A stretch of DNA of 30,615 nt from Myxococcota bacterium (GTDB taxonomy: Bacteria > Myxococcota_A > UBA796 > CAJQPC01): the NCBI GenBank assembly GCA_036012755.1, contig DASCPX010000018.1, positions 1 to 30,615 of the forward strand, written 5' to 3'. The notes under the pieces were generated by a model. It worked only from the letters and a program-made list of their open reading frames with translations. It ran no database searches and was not told the origin of the DNA. Positions within the stretch are counted from its first letter, which is position 1; every line of letters begins with the position of its first letter. Positions 1-7,430 of the stretch are shown piece after piece. A program made the position numbers and the translations under genes.

Positions 1-200
1 CACCCTGGCCTCCGCCACCCTGGCCTCCGCCACCCTGGCCTCCGCCACCCTGGCCTCCGCCGTAGCCGCCGCCGCCCTGGCCTCCGCCGTAGCCGCCGCC
101 GCCCTGGCCTCCGCCGTAGCCGCCGCCACCCTGGCCTCCGCCGTAGCCTCCGCCACCCTGGCCTCCGCCTCCGCGGTAGCCGCCGCCACCGCCGCCGTCG
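1..200 (-). repeat. Coding tandem repeats (15-bp and 27-bp units) encoding the GGGQG / GGQGGGGYG linker of SSB
   Basis: Repeated gccaccctggcctcc and gccgtagccgccgccgccctggcctcc units. Confidence 0.9.
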
Positions 201-538
201 GCGGGTCGATCGCCGCGGCTGCCGAGGAACTTGATCTCGTCGCCGACCACCTCCGTGCTCCAGCGGTCCCGACCGTCGCGGTCCTGCCACTTGCGGGTCT
301 GGAGTCGACCTTCCACGTAGACCTGTCGCCCCTTGTTGAGGAAGCGTCCGGCGTTCTCCGCGTTGCGTCCGAAGAGCACGACGCTGTGCCATTCGGTCTG
401 GTCCTGCCAGTTCCCGTCCCGGTCCTTGCGGCGGTGGGTCGTGGCGATGCGGAGGTTGCAGACGGGCGTGCCGCCGCCAGTGGTGCGGACCTCTGGGTCC
501 TGTCCGAGGTTTCCGACGAGGATGACCTTGTTGATCAT
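1..538 (-). CDS. ssb: Single-stranded DNA-binding protein (3' end runs off the window)
   Basis: Not in the ORF track; manual translation from ATG at 538 gives MINKVILVGNLGQDPEVRTTGGGTPVCNLRIAT...TEWHSVVLFG...KGRQVYVEGRLQTRKWQDRDG...TEVVGDEIKFLGSR (SSB OB fold), then a Gly-rich linker; GAAGGA RBS-like sequence upstream. Confidence 0.97.
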   Translation of the reverse strand, partial: MINKVILVGNLGQDPEVRTTGGGTPVCNLRIATTHRRKDRDGNWQDQTEWHSVVLFGRNAENAGRFLNKGRQVYVEGRLQTRKWQDRDGRDRWSTEVVGDEIKFLGSRGDRPADGGGGGGYRGGGGQGGGGYGGGQGGGGYGGGQGGGGYGGGQGGGGYGGGQGGGGQGGGGQGGGGQG

Positions 539-603
539 GACGTTTCCTTCTGTAGGGCGAGGAGGAATGTATGCAGCGCTCCGGACAGAAAGTGTCCGGG
601 GGA

Positions 604-1440
604 TCAGATTCCCACGAGCTCCGCGCTCTTATCCCAGAGGGCGCGGGCCAGCAGAGGATCCCGAGCCTGCTTCGTGGGGGCGGTGATCTTGCAGTCGACG
701 AAGTACTCGCCGGTGACCCCCTGGACGTCCGGTGAAGAGGCCAGCCAGATCTGGGTCTCAGCGCCTTGATCGACGCTGGTCATGAGGGGTCGGACCAATC
801 CCAGGATCAGTCGCCAGAGGCCGCTGTTGTCTCGTCCGAAGCCGGTCGCGATCACCCCGGGGTGGAGGCAGTTCGAGGTGATCGCGCTGTCCTCCTCTTC
901 CAGGCGCCGGGCGAGCTCCAGGTTGAAGAGCATGTTGCAGAGCTTCGAGGTCGAGTAGACAGCCATGCCGTCGAAGCGGCGCTTCGAGAAGTCGAGATCG
1001 TCCAGGTCGAGCTTGCCGCGTCGGTGGGCGCGAGATGCGACGTTCACGACGCGCGCCCGTCCCTCGAGCTTGGGCAGCAGGAGGTGCGTCAACAAGAAGG
1101 GCGCGAGGTGGTTCACGGCGAACATCAGCTCGTGACCATCGGCCGAGAGCATGCGCCTGGTCTGCATCATGCCGGCGTTGTTCACCAGCACGTCGATCGC
1201 GCCGAGGCGCTCGGCGAGCTCGCGCACCGACTGCAGCGAGGCGAAGTCAGCCAGCTCGAGGCTGGTGTCACGACCGGTGGCCTCCTTGATCTGCCCCTGG
1301 GCGATCTCGCCCTTGCCCTGGCTGCGGCAGACGAGCGTCACCGAGGCTCCCATCCGGGCCAGCTCCCTGGCCGTGACGAACCCGAGGCCAGAGTTGGCCC
1401 CGCTGATGACGACGCGGCGTCCGCTGAGATCCTGCTCCAT
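604..1440 (-). CDS. Short-chain dehydrogenase/reductase (retinol dehydrogenase/WWOX-like)
   Basis: GANSGLG cofactor-binding motif, NNAG, catalytic YSTSK, LHPGVIAT. Confidence 0.93.
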   Translation of the reverse strand: MEQDLSGRRVVISGANSGLGFVTARELARMGASVTLVCRSQGKGEIAQGQIKEATGRDTSLELADFASLQSVRELAERLGAIDVLVNNAGMMQTRRMLSADGHELMFAVNHLAPFLLTHLLLPKLEGRARVVNVASRAHRRGKLDLDDLDFSKRRFDGMAVYSTSKLCNMLFNLELARRLEEEDSAITSNCLHPGVIATGFGRDNSGLWRLILGLVRPLMTSVDQGAETQIWLASSPDVQGVTGEYFVDCKITAPTKQARDPLLARALWDKSAELVGI

Positions 1441-1540
1441 GCTCTGTCGCTAACGGGCCGTTCCCAAGGTGGGTACGACGAATCCGCGGAGCCCGCCGAG
1501 GCCGGGCTATGGTCCTGGACCGGGCAGGTCGGAGGACGCG

Positions 1541-2287
1541 ATGCGTCTGTTCGCGATCACCACGCTCATGGCGGGGCTCACCGGCTGTACCTTTGCCTCT
1601 GGGGCGCTCCTGGGCGGCTTCATCTGGGGCGAGAGCCCGATGGCTCCCAACGCTATGTTCTAGGCGGGCCCCGGCACGGCCGTGGTCTGCGTCGGCAGCA
1701 CCGACCCCTCTATAGACGGCGACTTCGATCGCATCGAGACGCGGGGTCGCATCGTCTACGAAGTCGACCCCTCGGCGCTGGAGTTCGACCTGGTGCCCTG
1801 CCACGAGGAGCCAGTCGACGCCATCGTCATCGAGACCGAGGGCGGCGAGATCCAGATCGGATACGCCTGGATCCTCGCCGACGGCAGCGACTACACGAAC
1901 CTCGTCTATGGCTCCGAGGACGAGGCGCGAGTCGTCGTGACCAGTGGAGAGGGCGAGAGCGTCGGCTTCGCCGTTTGGGAGGATCAGCGCCTCGTCTACG
2001 CGATGGAGTCGGGCCGCGGCGGCACGACCGATCTCTCGGAGGAGGTCGGACTCAGCGTCGTCGAGGGCGCAGAGGTCGGCACCGTCGAGGACGACTGCGG
2101 CACGGTCACGCGGTCCTCGCTGGAGATCACCTCCGAGAGCTCGGACGTCACCCTCTACCCGGGCGAGGACCGCCTCTTCGACGACGAGGACGCTCGCGTG
2201 TCCTGGGCCTGCAACATCGACAGCTGGCACCGCGAGGGCGACTGCGAGGACGCGCTGCGGAGCGAGGTCAGCTGGATGGTGTTCTGA
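1541..2287 (+). pseudogene. Acidic lipoprotein of unknown function interrupted by an in-frame TAG at 1661-1663
   Basis: GGAGGA RBS, ATG 1541 with lipobox LTGC; ORFs 1469-1663 and 1682-2287 share one frame and are separated only by TAG. Confidence 0.7.
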
Positions 2288-2311
2288 GGCGGCGCCTCGG
2301 TCGGCCACGCC

Positions 2312-2869
2312 TCAGTCGGCCACACCGCAGCCGGCGTCGATGCCAGTCGGGTCCTGCGCCCACTGCATGGCCTCGACGCAGAGCTCGTCTTCTGCGATGT
2401 CCCCGTGCTCGTCCGTGATGTCGACGAAGATGCAGATCTCCGTGGATGCCAGGATCTCTGGGGGCGTGTTGCAAGCGCCGTCTTCCAGGTCGTCGACGTC
2501 GAGGTAGCCGTAGATTCCGAAGAAGTGGCTCATGCACTCGTTGTCTTCGTCCGGGATCAGCCCGACCCGGTTCCTGGTCTCCGAGACCACACCACCGACC
2601 TCGATGGCCTCGGCCACGAAGTGCACGCTCCCGAGCGCACCCATGTTCTGGACCTCGACGGCCTCCCAGATGTGCCAGCCGCCCTGGGGTCCGTAGATCA
2701 GCGGGATCGAGTCGCCCTCTTCGAGGGGGCGGTAGAAGTTCTCTCCAGTACCGATGACGACTGTCGGCTCACCGTCACACGAGCTGCCGGTCGCCGTGTC
2801 GTTGGTCGCTCCGCCACCCAGAGGGCCGGGGCCGGTTGCGCAGGCGGCGAGGAGGCTGAGGAGGCTCAT
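2312..2869 (-). CDS. Hypothetical lipoprotein
   Basis: MSLLSLLAAC lipobox; acidic Cys-containing body with GPQGGWHIW; GC3-rich codons; 3 bp downstream of the preceding gene. Confidence 0.8.
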   Translation of the reverse strand: MSLLSLLAACATGPGPLGGGATNDTATGSSCDGEPTVVIGTGENFYRPLEEGDSIPLIYGPQGGWHIWEAVEVQNMGALGSVHFVAEAIEVGGVVSETRNRVGLIPDEDNECMSHFFGIYGYLDVDDLEDGACNTPPEILASTEICIFVDITDEHGDIAEDELCVEAMQWAQDPTGIDAGCGVAD

Positions 2870-2872
2870 TCG

Positions 2873-3955
2873 TCACTCCCAGGTGAGGGTTCCGGAACCG
2901 AGGATGTCCCTGGCCGAGGCACCCTCGATCACGACCGCGACGTCGTCGATGGTGAGCTCGGCGGTGACGGTGGTCTCGGAGTCGATCAGGACCTTGTACT
3001 CCGCCGTCTCGCCGGCGCAGGTCCCGTAGGAGGCCACCACCACCTCGAAGGTCCCGCTCTGGGCCTCGAAGGCCAGCGTCGGGCAGCCGTAGTCCGGCGG
3101 CGGGAAGCTGCAGGCGTGGTCGTCGTCGGAGTAGGCCACGACGCAGGTCTCGTTGGCGGTGTCGTTGATCCAGGCGACGAGGTCCAGGGCGGTCTCATCG
3201 GAGACGGTGTCGACGGTGACGGTGACGGTCTCGCCCTCGACCCCCTCGACGGACCAGACGTCGACCAGCTCCGGGTCGCAGCCCAGCTCGCTGGTGGCGG
3301 TGAAGCCAGCCTCCTCCAAGGCGCTGGCCGAGTCATCGTCGACCAGGCAGAGGGTGTCGGCGTCCAGGTAGGCCGTGCGGGAGTCGTCAGCGATGTACTG
3401 GAACCAGCTCCAGCTGACGTCGTCGCCGTCCCGGATGAACACGCCGTAGGGGCTGCCCGCGTAGGCGATCGGGAACCAGTAGCGGCCGAGGTACTCGGTC
3501 TCTTCGCCGTCGACGACGCTCCAGCGGAAGCTCGACAGGAAGAGCTGCGAGTAGTCCTCTGTGTTCGGGAGGTAGGCCATCGCCGGGTCCTCGAGGGCGT
3601 ACTCGTAGTGGTGGTAGTAGGGGCCCTCGAGCCAGGTCGTGAACGGAGAGGGTGTGCAGCCGCCGATGCTGTTGTCCTCGAGGATCGTGGCCTCGAGATC
3701 GAAGGCGAAGTCGCAGCCCTCGCACTCCCCGGTGTAGGGGGTGCCGACCAGGCCGATGCGGAGATCGCACTCGGTCTCGTCGCCGAAGGTCGTGAGGTAC
3801 GTGAACTCGCCGGTGAACCCCGTGTAGACGTGGGGGCCGGTGTCGATCAGCTCCTGTTCTGAGTCCACGGGCACCTGCTCCGCTGGCGGGCAGCCCATCA
3901 GCAGCAGGGCGGCGCCGAAGAGAACAGGGGTGGGGCGAAGGTCGAGCTGTGACAT
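2873..3955 (-). CDS. Hypothetical lipoprotein, probable C-terminal PPC-like beta-sandwich
   Basis: LLLMGC lipobox; DVWSVEGVEGETVTVTVDT...DLVAWI...SDDD...GTFEVVVASY resembles pre-peptidase C-terminal domains. Confidence 0.75.
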   Translation of the reverse strand: MSQLDLRPTPVLFGAALLLMGCPPAEQVPVDSEQELIDTGPHVYTGFTGEFTYLTTFGDETECDLRIGLVGTPYTGECEGCDFAFDLEATILEDNSIGGCTPSPFTTWLEGPYYHHYEYALEDPAMAYLPNTEDYSQLFLSSFRWSVVDGEETEYLGRYWFPIAYAGSPYGVFIRDGDDVSWSWFQYIADDSRTAYLDADTLCLVDDDSASALEEAGFTATSELGCDPELVDVWSVEGVEGETVTVTVDTVSDETALDLVAWINDTANETCVVAYSDDDHACSFPPPDYGCPTLAFEAQSGTFEVVVASYGTCAGETAEYKVLIDSETTVTAELTIDDVAVVIEGASARDILGSGTLTWE

Positions 3956-3978
3956 GGGGCTCTCCGAAGTCCGCGGTA

Positions 3979-4695
3979 CTAACTGGTCTTCGAGGACGCG
4001 GTCCCAGGCGATTGAGCCAGCAGAGCAGGCACGCCGGAATCATGATCTGGAATCAGAAGCGCTGCTCGCGTCGGGGGAGGAGTCAGTTCGGCGTCAGCGT
4101 CGAGGAGCACCAGCGGGGGTACGTCCGTGTCTCCGATCGGGAAGGTCCCGGCGGCATCGAGCATGCCGCTCCGCGCCGAGAGCCCGAGGTTCAGCTCGGC
4201 CCGTGGATGGACCAGGGCCAGACCGGCGTGCCCCTGGTGGACGGGCACGTACGGCAGGTGGTCACCGATCTCGACGGTGCCGAACTGTGGGAAGGAGGAG
4301 TCGAAGCCGGTCTGGAAGGCCGACTCGGTCCAGGCGTAGCTGGCCGAGAGCGGGATGGAGAGCTGGATCGGGAGGCGGACCGTCCAGCCGGCAGGGGCCT
4401 CGGCGCCGTAGACCTTGACCTCGCCGCCGTTGAACTGGAGGCCGACCTGGTCTCCGGAGCAGCCTCCGGAGACCGTGCAGGCTCCGGTGAGGTTCTCGTA
4501 GTCGTTGTAGAACCGCGCGACCTCAAGGCGGCCAGCTCGCATGGCGTAGGACTCCTTGCTCTTCTCTGTCAGGACGAGATCCTGGTGGACCCGCACACCG
4601 ACCTCGGTGCGCGACGACAGCCGATCGCCGGAGACGGACCACGCCGCCGTGGGCTGGAGACCCGCCGCGTGGTACCGGCGGGCGGTCGTGCCGAG
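3979..4695 (-). pseudogene. Fragment of a FecA-like TonB-dependent receptor (part of the barrel; no plug or signal peptide; probable internal deletion)
   Basis: Frame open from 4695: GTTARRYHAAGLQ...TEVGVRVHQD...FYNDYENLTGACT...QFNGGEVKVYGAE...SYAWTESAF...GDHLPYVPVHQ; only about 200-240 aa versus about 700 for intact receptors; similarity fades near 4085. Confidence 0.7.
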
Positions 4696-4745
4696 CTACG
4701 GCTCTCGTCGACACGGCCGCGGACTGCACGCTGGACGGCTCGAGC

Positions 4746-5009
4746 GTGGGGGAGAACAGCCTCGAGCTCGACGGCAGGGCAGTCTGCGGCCAGGCCACCC
4801 ATGTCGACCATTGCTCCGTCTGCCACGGATCCGATGGGCTGGGCACCGAGTCCGGGCCCTCACTGTTCGAGATGATGCCGATGCACTCCGACCCCGAGTT
4901 GGTCATGATCGTCGCCGCCGGCGCCGGAGAGATGCCCGGCTTCGACTTCGAGCCCCAGCAGATCGCAGACCTGTTGGCCTTCCTCCACGCCGAGTTCGAC
5001 CCGCCCTGA
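4746..5009 (+). pseudogene. Monoheme class I cytochrome c, apparently 5'-truncated
   Basis: CSVCH heme motif, GPSL, axial Met in GEMPGF, C-terminal helix QQIADLLAFL; the upstream frame runs into the receptor remnant with no signal peptide. Confidence 0.7.
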
Positions 5010-5039
5010 ACGCTGGCGTCGCCCCATCCGCGGGTCCGA

Positions 5040-5055
5040 TTGAGGATATTCTCAA
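5040..5055. promoter_or_regulatory. Palindromic candidate regulator-binding site TTGAGGATATTCTCAA
   Basis: One mismatch from a perfect 16-bp palindrome; 19 bp upstream of the regulator ATG; near-identical copy at 13520-13535. Confidence 0.65.
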
Positions 5056-5074
5056 AGCCCGGAGCGCAGAGCAC

Positions 5075-6394
5075 ATGGCCATCCTCCTGATCGACGACGA
5101 CGACACCGGGCGGCGGCTGTCCGCCCACAACCTGCGCCGCTGCGGACACGAGGTGAACGAGGCCGCGGACGGGCGAGAAGGCCTGCGGGTCTTCGATCCA
5201 GGTCGCCACGAGGTCGTCGTGACCGACATGCGCATGCCGGTGCTCGACGGCATGGAGGTGCTGCGGCTGGTCCGGGATCGTGCTCCGGACGTGCCGGTGG
5301 TGGTGATCACGGCCTATGGCAGCGTGGACAAGGCCGTCGACGCCATGCAGGCCGGCGCTTGGAGCTTCATCGAGAAGCCCTTCTCCCGGGATCGGCTCGA
5401 GCTGGCCGTCCAGCGCGCCCTCGAAGCGTCCCGGTTGCGCCGCGACAACAAGCAACTGCGCTCGGTCGAGCGGCCGATCATCGCCCGGTCCGAAGCGATG
5501 GCCGAGCTCCTCGCCGTCGTCGATCGCATGGCCGCCAGCGACGCCCCGGTGATGATCTTCGGCGAGAGCGGCACGGGCAAGGAGCTCATGGCGCGCCGGG
5601 TCCACGCCCGAGGACCGCGCGCCTCGGGCCCCTTCGTGCCAGTGAACTGCGCGGCGATCCCGGCGACGCTGCTCGAAGCGGAGCTCTTCGGACACGCCAA
5701 GGGTGCCTTCACAGGGGCCCAGAAGGCCCGCCTCGGTCGCTTCCGCTCGGCGGAGGGTGGCACGCTGTTCCTCGACGAGATCGGCGAGGTGCCGCCAGAG
5801 CTCCAGGCCAAGCTCCTCCGGGTGCTCCAGGAGCGCTCCGTTGACGTGGTAGGCGCGGACCGGGCCGTCGACGTGAACGTGCGCATCGTCGCGGCGACGA
5901 ACCAGGACCTGGAGCAAGGGGTCGCCGACGGGCACTTCCGCGAGGACCTCTACTACCGGCTCAACGTCCTGCGCGTGGACATCCCACCGCTGCGAGAGCG
6001 TCGAGAGGACATCGTGCCCCTCGCCGAGGCCTTCCTCGCGGAGCTGGCCATGCGCGAGCTCGTGCTGGATCGGTCCGCCCGCGACGCCCTGCGCAAGAGG
6101 ACCTGGCGCGGCAACGTGCGCGAGGTGCGCAACCTCTGCGAGCGCCTCTCCGTGCTCGCCCCCGGCCCCGAGGTGAGCGCCGCCGACATCCCGGCCGAGC
6201 GCACGCTGAGCCGCAGCCGCAGCTGGCTGGAGCACCTGCCAGCGGACATCACCCTGACCGAGCTGGAGACCCAGGCCATCGAGCACACGCTGGACCGCTG
6301 CGGCTGGAACGTCAGCGAGGCCGCGCGCCTGCTGGGCGTCGCCCGCCACATCCTGGCCTACCGCATCGAGAAGTTCGGGATCGCGCGGCGATGA
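5075..6394 (+). CDS. Sigma-54-dependent NtrC/ZraR-family response regulator (receiver, AAA+, Fis HTH)
   Basis: Start placed at ATG 5075 (MAILLIDDDD); phosphoacceptor TDMRMP; Walker A GESGTGKE; GAFTGA loop; FLDEIGE; FREDLYYRLNV; HTH NVSEAARLLGV. Confidence 0.95.
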   Translation: MAILLIDDDDTGRRLSAHNLRRCGHEVNEAADGREGLRVFDPGRHEVVVTDMRMPVLDGMEVLRLVRDRAPDVPVVVITAYGSVDKAVDAMQAGAWSFIEKPFSRDRLELAVQRALEASRLRRDNKQLRSVERPIIARSEAMAELLAVVDRMAASDAPVMIFGESGTGKELMARRVHARGPRASGPFVPVNCAAIPATLLEAELFGHAKGAFTGAQKARLGRFRSAEGGTLFLDEIGEVPPELQAKLLRVLQERSVDVVGADRAVDVNVRIVAATNQDLEQGVADGHFREDLYYRLNVLRVDIPPLRERREDIVPLAEAFLAELAMRELVLDRSARDALRKRTWRGNVREVRNLCERLSVLAPGPEVSAADIPAERTLSRSRSWLEHLPADITLTELETQAIEHTLDRCGWNVSEAARLLGVARHILAYRIEKFGIARR

Positions 6395-7416
6395 GGGTCG
6401 CTCGCCTGTTCACGACCCGAGGGCTGCTCCTGGTCTGGGTCCCGATCGCGGCCACCGCGATGCTCCACTACCTCTCTCCGCCAGACGCTCACTGGCTCCA
6501 TGACGTGGCCAGACGGCTCTTCTATGTGCCGGTGCTCCTGGCGGGGGCCCAGGCCGGCGTGCGAGGCGGGCTGCTCGCAGCGGGGGTCGCCGTCGCCGTC
6601 TACGTGCCCCATGCCTTCATCGACCACCTGGGCCACGACCCCGCCAACCACACCGAGAAGCTCCTCGAGATGATCTTCTACGTCGTGATCGGCGGGGTGT
6701 CCGGCTTCCTCGCCGAGCGGGAGCAGGCCCGCCAGGCCGAGCTCTCGTCGAAGGACCATCAGCTGGCGCGGGCCGCTCGGCTGGAGTCCCTCGGCCAGCT
6801 GACAGCGGGCCTGGCCCACGAGATCCGCAACCCGCTGCACGCCATGCGAGGGACCGCCGAGATCCTGCTCGACGCCGTGCCCGACGAGGCCCCCGAGCAC
6901 TCCCTCGGAGAGGCCCACATCGAGGAGATCGATCGCCTTAGCGGAGTGCTCAAGCGGTTCCTGGAGTTCGCGCGGGATCCGGGGGCGCGCTCCACCGGCC
7001 CGGTCGTGCTCGACGCGGTCGTGTTGCGCGTTGCGGACCTCGTGCGCGCCCAGGCCGGGCGGCAAGAGACCCGCCTGGAGCTCAGGACCGAGGGGGCAGA
7101 GGTCCAGGGGGACGCCGAGCAGCTCACCCAGGTCGTGCTCGTGCTGGCGCTCAACGCGCTGCAGTCGGTGACCAAGGGTGGCCGGCTGTCGCTGGTCGCC
7201 GACGGGGGCCGGATCCTGGTCCACAACGACGGCCCGCCCATCGCCGAGCCGGACCTGGAGCGGCTCTTCGACCCCTTCTTCACCACCCGCGCCGACGGCA
7301 CCGGGCTCGGGCTGAGCGTCGCCTGGCGCATCGTAAAGAGCCACGGGGGCACCATCTCCGCCCGCAACACGCCCGACGGGGTCGTCTTCGAGGTCGAGCT
7401 GCCCGCCTCGGCGTGA
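6391..7416 (+). CDS. Membrane sensor histidine kinase with a His-rich multi-TM input domain
   Basis: ATGA overlap with the regulator; H-box LAHEIRNPL, N-box LALNALQS, G1 NDGPPI, F/G2 FDPFFTT..GTGLGL; N-terminal hydrophobic helices with HYL, HWLHD, PHAF, HLGHD. Confidence 0.93.
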   Translation: MRVARLFTTRGLLLVWVPIAATAMLHYLSPPDAHWLHDVARRLFYVPVLLAGAQAGVRGGLLAAGVAVAVYVPHAFIDHLGHDPANHTEKLLEMIFYVVIGGVSGFLAEREQARQAELSSKDHQLARAARLESLGQLTAGLAHEIRNPLHAMRGTAEILLDAVPDEAPEHSLGEAHIEEIDRLSGVLKRFLEFARDPGARSTGPVVLDAVVLRVADLVRAQAGRQETRLELRTEGAEVQGDAEQLTQVVLVLALNALQSVTKGGRLSLVADGGRILVHNDGPPIAEPDLERLFDPFFTTRADGTGLGLSVAWRIVKSHGGTISARNTPDGVVFEVELPASA

Positions 7417-7430
7417 AGCCCCCGCCGGAC

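Noticed and set aside
1661..1663. Pyrrolysine or genetic-code reassignment as the cause of in-frame stops
   Set aside because: The two internal stops differ (TAG and TAA), TAG ends normal genes such as aspS, and no pyl genes are in the window
4556..5074. N-terminal extension of the regulator in the ORF track (likewise the extended starts for cusA, cusB and 21305-23743)
   Set aside because: Arg-rich nonsense overlapping other genes; better starts exist at 5075, 10775, 12193 and 22766
4523..6349. 608-aa minus-strand ORF
   Set aside because: Antisense shadow of the response regulator; typical high-GC artefact with no motifs
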